Origin: an uncultured delta proteobacterium
Lineage (GTDB): Bacteria; Desulfobacterota; Binatia; UBA9968
Assembly (NCBI GenBank): GCA_963847445.1
Contig: CAWJZV010000015.1
Span: 160,001-224,000, forward strand
Direction: 5' to 3'
DNA length: 64,000 nucleotides
The position numbers were made by a program, and so were the translations under genes. A model generated the notes under the pieces. The model made no database searches and was not told where the DNA came from. It saw only the letters and a list, made by a program, of their open reading frames with translations. This document shows positions 29,621-40,640 of this stretch, piece by piece; the stretch's first letter is position 1, and every line of letters starts with the position of its first letter.

Positions 29621-30906
29621 ATGAGTGCAGGCTTTACATCTTGGCTCGCTAATCTGAAGCAGTACAGCTTAGTGGCTCTTGGTTTCATCCACATCGGCGT
29701 CGGCCGCGGTTTGCACGGCACTTTCGGGGTATTCTTCGTCGCATTGCTCGACGCTTTCGGCTGGTCGCGCGCGGTGACCGCGGGCGCGCTGTCGCTGTCG
29801 ATCATGGTGGAAGGTATTTGCCACCCGGTGGTGGGGACGTTGACCGATAAGCTCGGCGGTCGCAAGACTTTGATCCTTGGCGGTTTAGTCTTGACAACCG
29901 GGTTGGCTTTCTGTGCCACCATCGATTCGGTATGGAGCTTTTACTTTTGGGTCGGCATTGTCTCGGCGGCGGGCATATCGCTCATCGGCATGGTGCCCCA
30001 TGTGGCGATCATCTCGCGTCATTACGCGCACCGCAAAGCGACGGCGCTGGGAATCGCCTGGGCCGGCGGCGGTGTGGGAATTTTTCTCCTGGTGCCGGCG
30101 ACCGCGGCGATGGTCAGCCATTGGGGCTGGCAATCGGCGTATTTCGGTCTGGCGTTGCTCGTGCTGGTGGTCGTCATACCGCCGGTGTTCTGGCTGATTC
30201 CAACCGACTATGAAACGCCCAATCATGAACAGGCTGCCGGCCATGGTTCGAGCCATGGCAAAGCTCGCGCTGTCAGTGGCGACGCCGACTGGACGGTCAA
30301 GCAAGCGCTCACCAATAGTTCGTTTTGGTTGTTATTCACAGCTAGAGTGCTCGCCAGCCTGGGCAATCAAGTGATCGTTACCCATCAAGTGGCCCATGCG
30401 GTGGATGTCGGTTATCCGAAGATTTTCGCCGCGTCGATCTTCGGTATCATGGGTGTGGTCAGCATCATTGGACGGATCGGTTTCGGCTATCTCGCCGACG
30501 TCATGCGCCGGGAAGTGGTCTACACCTGGGTGCAACTAGTGTCGGCGGTCGGCACCTTGGCGCTGATGGCGACCACCGACAATTCGCTGCCGGTGTTTCT
30601 GTACATCTACGCGGTGTTTTACGGCTTGGGCCAGGGATCGCGGGCGCTGGTGCTGTCGGCGATTTCGATTGACGTCTTTCAAGGGCAAGACATTTCGGCG
30701 CGATCTTCGGTTACTTTACCTTCAGCGTCGGCGTCGGCGGCGCCATCGGCGCCTGGCTTGGCGGGTATCTCTTCGACGTTACGCGCAGTTACATGGTGGC
30801 ATTTTCGATCTCGCTTGCCTGTTTGATCGTTTCGATATTCGTAGTTTGGCTGAGCACGCGTAACAGTCAGAAGACAGAATGCAAGCTAAAGGAACTGACA
30901 GTATGA
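29621..30906 (+). CDS. MFS transporter (OFA/MCT-like; frameshift near 30690)
   Basis: FGVFFVAL...FGWSRA, GTLTDKLGGR, GRIGFGYLAD; C-terminus continues IFGYFTFSVGVGGAIGAWLGGYLFD. Confidence 0.85.
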
Positions 30907-31521
30907 TTCAACTCTACACTTGGGGCACACCCAACGGCAAAAAAGTTTCGATTATGTTGGAGGAGGTTGGGCTTACCGTATGAAGTCCACGCCATCAACA
31001 TCGGCCAGAACGATCAGTTCAAACCGGAATACCTGGCGATCAATCCCAACAACAAGATCCCGGCGATCATCGATCCGGACGGCCCCGGCGGCAAGCCGCT
31101 CAAGCTTTTCGAATCCGGCGCGATCCTCATGTATCTGGCGGAAAAATCCGGCAAGCTCTGGCCCGCCGACCTGGCGCAGCGCTATACCGTGATTCAATGG
31201 CTGATGTTTCAGATGGGCGGGGTCGGACCGATGTTCGGCCAGGCCAATTATTTCTTCCGTCTGGAAGAAAAAGTCCCCTACGCCATCGAACGTTTTCACA
31301 AGGAAGCCAAGCGGCTCTACAACGTGCTCAATCAGGAACTCGGCCAGCATGAATATCTCGCCGGCGAATATTCGATTGCCGATATCGCGACCTACCCTTG
31401 GGTGTGGCGCCACGATGGCCACCATGTGACGTTGGAAGAGTATCCCAATGTGAAGCGCTGGTACGAGCAGATCGGCCAACGACCGGCGGTGCAGCGCGGC
31501 ATGGAAATTCCGAAGAAGTAA
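30903..31521 (+). CDS. Glutathione S-transferase, YfcG/Nu-class-like (frameshift near 30965)
   Basis: MIQLYTWGTPNGKK, INPNNKIPAI, LFESGAIL, QWLMFQMGGVGPMFGQ, SIADIA. Confidence 0.9.
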
Positions 31522-31583
31522 ACAATCGTGATCATGTTCGTGGCTGTCGTGCTTCTGATCGTTGCACATGAAAGGGAAAAGCC

Positions 31584-33367
31584 ATGGCCAAGCAGCAGAA
31601 AATCGAGAAGCCGCGCGCCGAGTGGGGCTCGGATGTCATCGTCGATGCGCTCAAAGCCTTCGAGATCGAATATATCGCGATCAATCCGGGGGCGACCTTC
31701 CGTGGCTTGCACGACTCGCTAGTTAACTACGGCGGCAATCATGCGCCGGAGATCATTCTCTGCAATCACGAAGAGATCGCCGTGGCGTTGGCTCACGGCT
31801 ACGCGCGCGCCAAGAGGCAGGCCGATGGCCGCCGCGGTGCATAACGTCGTCGGTCTGCAGCATGCGTCGATGGCGATTTACAACGCCTGGGCTGACCGGC
31901 TGCCGGTCATCGTCCTGGGCGGCACGGGTCCAATGGATTCGGCCAATCGCCGGCCCTGGATCGACTGGGTGCATACCGCCAACGTGCAAGGCAATCTGGT
32001 TCGCGATTTCTGCAAGTGGGACGATCAGCCGGCGAGCGTCGAGGCGGTGGCCGGATTCATTCATCCGCGGCTATCGGCTGGCGACCACCGATCCGATGGG
32101 GCCGGTTTACATCTGCTACGACGGCGATGTCCAGGAAAAAAAATTGGACAGCGAAATAACCTTTCCGTCGACTGGCTCGCTATCCCGCGCCGCTGCCGCT
32201 GCAAGCGCCGGAAGAAGGCTTCGCAAAAACCATTGAGATGATTCTTGCGGCCAAGCGGCCGGTGATCTTGGCCGACTGGGTGGGGCGGCGCGAGGCTGGT
32301 TTCAACGCCCTCGGCGAGTTGGCCGAGCTGCTCGGCCGCGCCGGTGCTCGATCAGTTGGGGCGGTTTAATTTTCCTGTGCAGCATCCGCTCAATTTGACC
32401 GGTCAAGCGGACAAAGTGATGCCGCAGGCGGATCTGATTTTAGCGCTCGATGTTCCCGATCTCGAAGGCGCCACCGTGCGCCGTGCCCAGGAGCTCGGCA
32501 ACCGCAAGGCGACGCCGCTCTTGCCGGCTGACGCCAAGGTGATCAACGTCGCTCTCGACGATCTGCTGGTGCGCGCCTGGGCCACCGATTTCAATAAATT
32601 GCGCCGAAGCGGATTTGATGATTCTCGCCGACACGGCGGTTTTCCTGCCGGAACTCTTGCGCCGGCTTAAGGCTGAAAAGAAGCTCGCCGATTGAACCGA
32701 CGACATTGCCAAGCGGCGCGCCGATTGGGGCAAGATCTACGAAGCGAAGCGAGCTGCGCTGGAAAACGAATTGAAAGCGAAGTGGGATGACAAGCCGGTG
32801 TCGATGACGCGCATCTACGCCGAGATCGCCGAAGCGCTCAAAGGCGAGGATTGGGTGCTGACCAATGGCAGCTCCCAGGGCAAGGAAAATCTTTATTTGC
32901 CGGCGACCAAGTTCAATCAGATCCTGGGCAAGTACAAGGGCGGCGGCTTGGGCTACGGCATGCCGGCGTCGCTGGGCGCGGCGCTGGCGCATAAGGGCTC
33001 GGGCAAGTTTTGCATCAATATTCAGCCCGACGGCGATTTATTATTCACCGTGAGTTCGATCTGGACCGCGGTGCATCACCAGATTCCCTTGCTCAGTATC
33101 GTGTGCAGCAATCGCTCTTACTTCAACGACGAAGAGCATCAGGAGCGCATCGCTATCCAGCGCAGCCGCCCGGTGGAAAACAAGACCATCGGCATCCGCA
33201 TCGAAGAGCCCAACGTCGACTTCGCCGGTTTGGCGCGCAACTACGGCTGCTGGGGCGCCGGGCCGATCACCGAGCCGAAGGATTTGATCAAGACGCTGCG
33301 CGAAGCGGTGAAGGTGGTGAAAAGCGGCAAACCGGCGCTGGTCGATGTGGTCTGCCAGATGCGTTGA
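31584..33367 (+). CDS. Thiamine pyrophosphate-binding protein (acetolactate synthase/decarboxylase-like; frameshifted)
   Basis: NPGATFRGLHDSL, HEE.AV..AHGY, KWDDQP, GGGLGYG, DGDLLF...N TPP motif, PALVDV. Confidence 0.88.
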
Positions 33368-33482
33368 GTTGACCGTTCGGAAAGCCGGCAAGGGCGAGCG
33401 TGTCAATCGATTGCCAACCGGTTGAGGCTCCGTTCTCCTCAACTCCAGTGAACTGGCGCCGATGACTCAACCGTGACTTTAA

Positions 33483-34046
33483 ATGTTTGGTACACTGGGC
33501 AAATTCTGGCGTTCATTGACACGGTACCCGCTCCTAGTACTCCTGGGTGGTGTGGTTGTTGGAGTTCCGATCGGGTGGTTTCTTGCCTCACGATCGACGG
33601 TCGAGCAAATCTCGCTTGCGCCGGTGAAAGCGACGACTTACGCAAAACTCTCCAGCGAGGAGCTTAAAATTAAGTCAGACCAGATGGTGACGGCGATTCG
33701 TGGTCTGGCGCGATCCTATTATGATGAAGATAGACGGATGCAAACGGCGGCGGATGAGAACTCCGGCAAGACCGATTCGCAAGCTGAGCGGGAGCGACTT
33801 CGCAACGCGTGGCTCGCTGAAAGCGCCAAGCTGCACGACATGTTTATAGACCGCTACAAAACTAACTATTGGGCCGATGCGCTGCTGCTGCGCGAAGCCA
33901 TCGTCGCCAAGGTGGGTGGAGTGCCGGGGGCGCAGAACCCAAACCTGTTTCAGCACCCGACGAATATTCTCGGCGTCGTACAGGTTGCGAATAGTCTCGA
34001 TCTATTGGGGAAAGCGCTGTCCGCCGGCGAGCGAACGAAACCGTGA
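33483..34046 (+). CDS. Hypothetical membrane-anchored protein
   Basis: 187 aa ORF with one N-terminal TM helix and a helical soluble domain. Confidence 0.6.
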   Translation: MFGTLGKFWRSLTRYPLLVLLGGVVVGVPIGWFLASRSTVEQISLAPVKATTYAKLSSEELKIKSDQMVTAIRGLARSYYDEDRRMQTAADENSGKTDSQAERERLRNAWLAESAKLHDMFIDRYKTNYWADALLLREAIVAKVGGVPGAQNPNLFQHPTNILGVVQVANSLDLLGKALSAGERTKP

Positions 34047-34058
34047 CCTGCGCCAGTG

Positions 34059-34274
34059 TTAGCTCGACGATTCGAGTTTTGCCTCCTGCCAGCCATCGAG
34101 AATTTCCCGCGCGCGGTTCGTCGCCGGATGCAGTACGTCGGCCTTGGCTGAGCGCGGCGAGTCTTGGATTGCCAACGAACCCACCAGGCGCAAACCGAGG
34201 AAGTCTTCGTAAAAGCTGCGCGTTTCCTCCGAGTCCCGGCAACGATACGCGCTGTGATGCAGGCCTTTGATCAT
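34059..34274 (-). pseudogene. Truncated VOC/glyoxalase family gene
   Basis: AGGAGA RBS, then MIKGLHHSAYRCRDSEETRSFYEDFLGL; similarity lost after ~35 aa. Confidence 0.6.
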
Positions 34275-34302
34275 GGCCTATTCTCCTTTGCGGAATGCCA
34301 AG

Positions 34303-35304
34303 TCAGTTAAGTTGCCATTTCGGCGGCTGGATCTCACGCAGGCCGATCATTGTGAAATCCAAACTACCGACGCCATCGGTGCGTAATGTGGTCTGCCAGC
34401 CGCCCCAGTCGGCGAGCTTGCTATATCGCCCCGTGCTCAGCCCTGCGCTGTCGACATATTCCGCGAATAGCTGCCATCGATTGCGCGGTTTGCCGCTCTG
34501 GCGTTCGAATGGTTCGCTGTCGAGATATAGCCGGTTGACGACGCGGGTGGAATCGTCGGGCATGCCGTAACTTAAGAGTTTCAAGCCGAACCATTGGTTG
34601 TCGACGAGCGCCGCGGCGAAACCCGGCGGCAGTTTCACGTAATCGTAGATCGGATGGATCAACTCCTTGCCGAAGCGGGCGACTGCTCCAGTGCTTGCGG
34701 CTTGAAACGTCATCATGGTGCAGGAGGCCAGGTCCGGGTTGTTGGCGCTATGGGCGCCGCCGCGGATTTTCAACGTGATCGCCGCGCGCTGCGGGTCGAC
34801 GATGCCGTGGACGCGGACGAAGACGGTGAACTCTTGATTGCGGATATCGGAAGGAGTGGCAAGAAAACCCTTCTGAGTCTTCCAGGTGTAGGCTTGCCGC
34901 CCAGCGCCGGCGTAAATATGCAGCCGGCTGGTTTTGCCTGAGCCGCCGGAAGCGTAGTCGAGATCGTGCGCTGCGACGTTCCAATATTCGAGCGCGCCAT
35001 CGGTACGGCGCAGCGCCGGCGTTTTTCGCTCAATCTGAAGGTTGCCCGCGCTGTTGGGATTGTCCTTGCCTAGGTGAAAATGAACTCCAGGCGCGGAGGA
35101 TAATAACTTGGCGACCCCATTCTCATCCAGCGGTTGGCCGGCATTAACGTTTTCGCGTGAGCCTGGCATTGTCCCTTCGCGGCTCGGCTGGGTGCAGGCG
35201 AGCGAGATCGCTAGAACGCCAAGGATCGTAGCTACATGCAGAAGCCGCGCGCTCCGGCGATAGTTCGCCGGCGGTTTCCTATGCAGGGGTGGCGAGTGCC
35301 GCAT
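34303..35304 (-). CDS. Hypothetical exported (lipo)protein, beta-rich, possibly carbohydrate-binding
   Basis: Hydrophobic stretch ending ISLAC; aromatic/Gly-rich beta-strand pattern (FTVFVRV, RGGAH, WFGLKL, RLYLD); start uncertain. Confidence 0.6.
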   Translation of the reverse strand: MRHSPPLHRKPPANYRRSARLLHVATILGVLAISLACTQPSREGTMPGSRENVNAGQPLDENGVAKLLSSAPGVHFHLGKDNPNSAGNLQIERKTPALRRTDGALEYWNVAAHDLDYASGGSGKTSRLHIYAGAGRQAYTWKTQKGFLATPSDIRNQEFTVFVRVHGIVDPQRAAITLKIRGGAHSANNPDLASCTMMTFQAASTGAVARFGKELIHPIYDYVKLPPGFAAALVDNQWFGLKLLSYGMPDDSTRVVNRLYLDSEPFERQSGKPRNRWQLFAEYVDSAGLSTGRYSKLADWGGWQTTLRTDGVGSLDFTMIGLREIQPPKWQLN

Positions 35305-35359
35305 CGATGTCTCTCTCGGCAATGGGTTAAGTTTCTCGGCGTGTCGCCGCGCAGGGGGG

Positions 35360-36766
35360 TTAGTTACTATGCTTCTCCAGGTCCAAGCGGTGTAGCCGAA
35401 TGCGCACCAGTTCGATATGCATGCGCAGGTTGTAGACATAGTCTGAGTAAGTCGGATTGATGTGGGTGTGGTTGACTCCGTCTTCGATCTCATCGAGCCG
35501 ATTTAGGTAGCCGTTCAGTTGACTCGGGTCAGGGTTGGTCGCGGCTTGATTCTCCAAAAATTTTAGTTCGCCATACCATTTAAACACGCGCGACTTGTTG
35601 CGCCACTGGATCAATGCGGGCAGCAGTTTGAACAGCGGCAGGATCAGCGCGACGAGCGGTAATAACAGCACCGCCATGCGTTCGATGAAGTTGGCGATCC
35701 AAAAAGGCAAATAACGCTGCAGGAAGGGAGGCCCACTTTTGTAGAAGCGCTTGGCTTCATCGGCAAGGAGAAACTCGCCTTCGCGCCCAGCCGGAAACTC
35801 GCCAGGCTTTTGCAACACGCCCGTGCGGCCATGCACGTCCGCCGCGGCCTGGAGTAATAACAAGCCGAGGGCTGGATGAAAAGTCTCTTTAACCACGAGA
35901 GTGGCCGTGGTGGCTAACAAGGTTATGTCACGCCCTGGAATATCCGCGGCTAGATCGATGGCTCCGCGTGGAAGCTGAATCGCCGTGAGAAAGGGGAACC
36001 GCCGCGCAAAGGCTTCAGCCTGAACCAGACTGGCGATTTTGATGTCTTTGGTCCTGGCGAGTTCGAGCACGATAGGGGCGTCGGGGGCGGCGACGAGCAA
36101 GACCGCGTCAACGTCGTCTTCTAGGAGGGCTTTGACCGCATCGTTGCCGCCGAACTGTCGCAAGTTTGGCGACAAGGTATCGACACCGCTGGCTTTGAGC
36201 AGCTGCAAGGCGAGCGCTCTGCTACCGCTGCCGACCGCGCCTATGGCGACGCGTTTGTCGGCGAGCTGGCTGAGCCTATCGATGGTAAATTCATTGCCGC
36301 GGTAGAACAGCCATAATGGTTCGTAGTAGACCGCTCCGAGAGAACGGAGTTCGATTGCGGTATCGCCGGAGCCCAGGCCCGCCTGCACGAGCCCGACCTC
36401 TACGTCGGAACCCGCCGATCGCAGGCGCTGCAAATTTTCTATCGAGCCGGCCGATGGCTTGAGCGTGATGGTGATATTTTCGCGCGCCAGATGGGCGCGA
36501 TAACGTTGGGCAAATAGATGATAGGCCCCGCCGTCCGGCCCGGTGGTCATCACGAAAGTGTTCGCCGGAGCTGGCTCCACGAAGCGGGCCGCGAACCAAA
36601 CGGTCGCTATGATGGCGAGTAGCGGCAGTGCAACGGTAATCAACAGATCTTTTAGGGCTTCCGTGTCGAGCTGCAGACGATCACCGTCGGTCGGTTTGCG
36701 TATGATCGCGCGAATCCGCTGCCTTCGGCTTCGGTCTGGGTTGGGTGGGGGGAGTGCCTCGGCCAT
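35360..36766 (-). CDS. TAXI family TRAP solute-binding protein with N- and C-terminal TM segments
   Basis: TGPDGGAY, SAGSIENL, LVQAG, YYEPLW, IGAVGSG, PPFLQRYLPFW, WYGEL. Confidence 0.85.
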   Translation of the reverse strand: MAEALPPPNPDRSRRQRIRAIIRKPTDGDRLQLDTEALKDLLITVALPLLAIIATVWFAARFVEPAPANTFVMTTGPDGGAYHLFAQRYRAHLARENITITLKPSAGSIENLQRLRSAGSDVEVGLVQAGLGSGDTAIELRSLGAVYYEPLWLFYRGNEFTIDRLSQLADKRVAIGAVGSGSRALALQLLKASGVDTLSPNLRQFGGNDAVKALLEDDVDAVLLVAAPDAPIVLELARTKDIKIASLVQAEAFARRFPFLTAIQLPRGAIDLAADIPGRDITLLATTATLVVKETFHPALGLLLLQAAADVHGRTGVLQKPGEFPAGREGEFLLADEAKRFYKSGPPFLQRYLPFWIANFIERMAVLLLPLVALILPLFKLLPALIQWRNKSRVFKWYGELKFLENQAATNPDPSQLNGYLNRLDEIEDGVNHTHINPTYSDYVYNLRMHIELVRIRLHRLDLEKHSN

Positions 36767-36886
36767 CGCTGCCTTTCAAAATATTTCTCGGGATCGAAAA
36801 ATAATACACCGCCGAACGAATAAAAACATCAAAAAGGCTGCGCTTGCCGCCGTCAGTAGAGATAAATATTGCAGTCTGTCGGGATT

Positions 36887-37882
36887 TTATCGCGTGCGCT
36901 CGACAAACCCGCTCTTTTTGATTTCATCCAAAAAGCTCGGTTCCACCAAGCGCAAGCTTTCGGGGGTCGCTTTGATTGCGGCAGGATTGGTTTTGGCGAC
37001 TTCGGCGATGATGAACTCCATGCCTCGGCGTTCCGGCAGGCTGAGCATGCCTTCGCCATGTTTGGCGATGTAGAAGTCGTAGCCGATGGACGCGGCTTCG
37101 TCATTGAGACGGAGATATTTCTTGATCAAGCGCACGCCGAGGGGTTTGTCTCGCTTGAGCAGGTAGAGGCCTTCGATGACAGCCTTGAGAAAATTGCTGG
37201 CAGTCTCACGGTTGGAGTCGAGAAAACTGCGCTTGGCCATGAAGCAGTTAAAGCAAATGCGCGGCAGGCCCCATTTGCTCTCGGACAGGTCGACCCATAA
37301 CTTCATGCCGCCATTGGTTGCTGCCGTGGCCTGGGGGTCGCTCAGGATCGTCGCTTGAACCTGACCGGCCATCAACGCCACCTGGCGCGTCGATACGCCG
37401 CCGAGTTGAATCAGTGAAACGCTCTCCGGCTTGACGCCGACCTTTTCCAAGGTCAGCTTGGCGCTGGTTTCCGACGACGAGCCAAAACGGCTGATCGCCA
37501 GTCGCTTGCCGGCTAGATCTTCGGGCTTGTTGATCTCCGGGCGGACAATCAGCTTGTCAGGAATGAAATTCAGTCCCCCGGCAACCACTGTGACATCGGC
37601 GCCGCGAAGATTGGCATTGACTGCAAGTGACGAGGTGGAAAACAAAAACTGCGCCTCGTTGGCGAGCAGCGCCTGCATGCCGACGGTGCCGTTCTCGATG
37701 GCGATGTATTCGAGATCGAGGCCATATTTTTTCAAAAGCTTTTGCTCGTAGGTGACCCATAGCAGTGAATGAATGATCGACAGCCCGCCGCTGGCGGCGC
37801 GGATCCGTTGAGCATGGGCCGGAGACATTCCGGCCAACGACAAAGTTAGCATGGCAACGATAGTAAGGGTTCGCACGATCAC
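36887..37882 (-). CDS. NMT1/SsuA-like ABC substrate-binding protein
   Basis: Signal peptide AHA-Q; KYGLDLE, DLAGKRLAISRFGSSS, FLKAVIEG, FLDEIKKSGF. Confidence 0.85.
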   Translation of the reverse strand: MIVRTLTIVAMLTLSLAGMSPAHAQRIRAASGGLSIIHSLLWVTYEQKLLKKYGLDLEYIAIENGTVGMQALLANEAQFLFSTSSLAVNANLRGADVTVVAGGLNFIPDKLIVRPEINKPEDLAGKRLAISRFGSSSETSAKLTLEKVGVKPESVSLIQLGGVSTRQVALMAGQVQATILSDPQATAATNGGMKLWVDLSESKWGLPRICFNCFMAKRSFLDSNRETASNFLKAVIEGLYLLKRDKPLGVRLIKKYLRLNDEAASIGYDFYIAKHGEGMLSLPERRGMEFIIAEVAKTNPAAIKATPESLRLVEPSFLDEIKKSGFVERTR

Positions 37883-37896
37883 AAGAGGCTCCTTCG

Positions 37897-38620
37897 CTAA
37901 GCGGATAGTCGATCGGCCAGTTCGAGAAAGTCGTTGGCAACGATATCGTAACGATCCCCGGGCGGAATCTCGCTGGCCTTGCCCGGCCCATGTTCCAATG
38001 GCCGGTGAATATAGGCCGTCCGAAGTCCATGCCTCCTCGCGGATTGCAGATCATGTTCGTGGGCGGCGACCATCATGACCTGCTCGGGTTTCAAATCGAA
38101 CAGTTGCGGCGCGAGCAGGTAGACTGAAGGATCGGGTTTGTAGCGGCGGACGTTTTCCGCGGACAAGATGCAATCCCAGGGCAAGCCGGGCGTTTTTTGC
38201 CATATGGGTGAGGAGGGAAATGTTACCGTTGGATAACGGCGCGATCACGAATCGTGACTTCAATCGTTGCAGCCCTGGCACTGAATCCGACCAGGGTTCG
38301 AGACGGTGCCAAACGCGGTTTAGGTGTTCTGTCTCATCGTCGCTGAGATTCTGAATGCCGAATTTCTTCAGCGTCTCGGCGAGCATTACGCGATGGAGAT
38401 CGTCCAGCTTGGTCCACGGCAGCTCGCCGTTTTGCACCTTGTCCATGTAAGGCCGGTAGATCGAACGCCATGCGTCAGCGAATGCCGTCCAGTCGATGTT
38501 GAGGCCTTTTGCTTTGCCGAGCTGTTCACTTTCGGCGATCACGCTGGACCGCCAATCGACGACCGTGCCGAAGACGTCGAAGGCGAGGAGTTTGATGTTT
38601 TCTGATTGGGACGGATTCAT
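37897..38620 (-). CDS. Haloacid dehalogenase type II (frameshift near 38185)
   Basis: AFDVFGTVVDWR, WHRLEPW.D, LSNGN, YKPDP, MVAAH..DL. Confidence 0.88.
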
Positions 38621-38630
38621 TTTGCTGTCC

Positions 38631-39779
38631 TTAGCCGCATACTGGAAATTTGAACGGATAGTTGTGCAGCGCCTCGCCGCCGCCGGGTTTCACCACCACC
38701 GCGGCGCCCAGTTGCAAGCCGGCTTTGAGGTCCTTCGTTATCGGATTGGGCTGGATGACGTGAACCATGTTTTCTTCCAGCGTCCATTTCTCCAATGGAT
38801 GCGCAGCCGAGCTGGTGCCGAGTTCTGGCGACTTGCCGGCCTCGCCGTGGAAGACGCTGTCGAAGCTAGTGAAACCGTTGGCTTCGATGGCCGAGGTTGC
38901 GGCGACGATCTGTTCGCTGGTGGTGCCGGGTTTGCAGATTGTGCGGACGCTTTCGTAGCACTCGTAGGCGGCGTCGAAGAGCTTCCGGTAGGGCGGTGTA
39001 GGTTCTTTACCGATGGCGAAGGGGCGGTGAATTTGCGTCGAGTAGCCCCAATAGCTGACCGTCAGTTCCGTGATCACGACACTGCCTTTTTCGAGCACGC
39101 GGGAGGTCTGCCGTTGCCATGGGACGAAGCGGTCTGGTTTTTCCATGTTCGTCGTCGCGATGAAGTGGATGCCGGGGTCGCCGCCGTTTTTCAAGTAGGC
39201 GGCATAGACGATGGCGAGAACATCGTGTTCGGTGAGACCGGCGCGCAGATTGTTTTCCAATGCCTCGCAGGCGAGATCCGTGAGATGGCCGCTCCTGCGC
39301 AGATAGACGAGTTCTTCTTCGCTGCGCACTCTCCTGATTCTGCCGAACTGCGGACCGAATTCGACGAACTCCGCTTCGGGCAACTGGCGCTGCAGCTCCA
39401 TCACGCTGCCATAGGCCATGCTGCGCATGCTGACCAGGCCGATCTTGCTTTTTGACAAGCCGCGCTTGCTGATTTCTTCAACGAGCGTCGGCATCGGCGT
39501 CGGACCGTACCAGCGAACATCTGCCATGATCGATTGCGCTTTGGCGCAGGGCTGATGATTGAAAAAGTGGATGAAGACAGTGGCGTCGCCTTGCCGCGGA
39601 AACAGCAACCAGCAGGGAGACTGCGCCTGGTAGTTCGATAAATACGCCACCTCCGATGAACCGCGCGCGCCGGAGATCAAGATCGCATCGAGATGGTCGT
39701 TGCTCATCGCTGCGCGGATAGCGCCGTGGCGGCGGTCGTATTCGCTATCTGAAAAACGTGGAAATAGATTGTCCATCAT
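38631..39779 (-). CDS. M24 (pita-bread fold) peptidase/creatinase-like protein
   Basis: FS..EY.RR, VRSEEEL, GYSTQIHRPF, KPG; metal ligands largely substituted. Confidence 0.82.
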   Translation of the reverse strand: MMDNLFPRFSDSEYDRRHGAIRAAMSNDHLDAILISGARGSSEVAYLSNYQAQSPCWLLFPRQGDATVFIHFFNHQPCAKAQSIMADVRWYGPTPMPTLVEEISKRGLSKSKIGLVSMRSMAYGSVMELQRQLPEAEFVEFGPQFGRIRRVRSEEELVYLRRSGHLTDLACEALENNLRAGLTEHDVLAIVYAAYLKNGGDPGIHFIATTNMEKPDRFVPWQRQTSRVLEKGSVVITELTVSYWGYSTQIHRPFAIGKEPTPPYRKLFDAAYECYESVRTICKPGTTSEQIVAATSAIEANGFTSFDSVFHGEAGKSPELGTSSAAHPLEKWTLEENMVHVIQPNPITKDLKAGLQLGAAVVVKPGGGEALHNYPFKFPVCG

Positions 39780-39812
39780 GATCTGTCCTTCAGGGTGGTT
39801 CGCGAAATATAA

Positions 39813-40256
39813 CTAATTCAACTGCCATATCGCAAAATTCAACGCGGTGGCGAAACCGACCCATAGCGCATAGGGAACGAACAGCCAAGCGGCAAACCGG
39901 CTTGTTGCACCGGCGGTGGCGATAAAGCAGCAGATGGTTATGAGCAGCGCAATAATATCGATCAGCGCCAGTTCTGGCCGGCGCAAACCGAAGAAAAGCC
40001 ATGACCAGAGTCCGTTCAGAATTACCTGAAGCAGCCAAAGCAGGATCGGCTTGGTAACGCTGACAGCTTTGGATCGCCACACCGACCAACCGGCAACGGC
40101 GATGGCGATATATAACACGGACCACACCGGCGCGAAGAGCCAATTGGGTGGCGTCCATGACGGCTTCTGTAGGGCGAGGTACCAAGGACCGGGGCCGAAT
40201 TGGCTGCCGACGAGAGCCGCGGCGGCGACCATGGCGATGAAGACGGTCAGTGACAT
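39813..40256 (-). CDS. tspO: TspO/MBR tryptophan-rich sensory protein
   Basis: WYLALQKPSWTPPNWLFAPVW, LNGLWSWLFFG, VPYALWVGFATALN. Confidence 0.92.
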   Translation of the reverse strand: MSLTVFIAMVAAAALVGSQFGPGPWYLALQKPSWTPPNWLFAPVWSVLYIAIAVAGWSVWRSKAVSVTKPILLWLLQVILNGLWSWLFFGLRRPELALIDIIALLITICCFIATAGATSRFAAWLFVPYALWVGFATALNFAIWQLN

Positions 40257-40271
40257 GATGGCGTTAGCGCT

Positions 40272-40391
40272 TTACGAGTGTTTAACGTTTCGGATGTGGT
40301 CATGGGCGGCCAAAGCATGCGCACCGACGTGCGAATATTCAACTTGGCGGGCGTTGAATTCTGCTAATAGATCTTTGAAGTCCTGGTTCAT
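40272..40391 (-). pseudogene. 5' fragment of a nucleotidyltransferase-like gene
   Basis: MNQDFKDLLAEFNARQVEYSHVGAHALAAHDHIR*, resembling the V(G)G.A...HG..R.T.D.D NTase N-terminus, truncated before the Asp pair. Confidence 0.55.
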
Positions 40392-40535
40392 CGTCGCGAT
40401 TCGGTTGCCAAGCGAGGCACAAGCGGGTCAATTCCCAAACGGCATTCATTCGTTCTCCGGCAGTAAATTGGTCCCAATAACTGTCTTCCGCGCATCGGGT
40501 CTCCCGGTTGGCTTACCCTGCTCCTCTTTGATCAT
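40339..40535 (-). pseudogene. Small ORF overlapping the NTase fragment (putative partner gene, frameshifted)
   Basis: YWDQFTAGERMNAVWELTRLCLAW...DEPGLQRSISRIQR. Confidence 0.45.
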
Positions 40536-40640
40536 GGTTTTTTTATAACAAGTTCTCGGCGATAATTCTCGGAAGCCTGCCGATGAGGGCGAAGTGTACC
40601 ACGCAGGCAAGCCAAGTGTCGTTGGCTTGCATCGCGGTAT

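Noticed and set aside
38496-39455. Long antisense ORFs (also 14462..15265, 48313..49185, 54083..54799, 23091..23720)
   Set aside because: Shadow ORFs opposite well-supported genes, as expected at high GC
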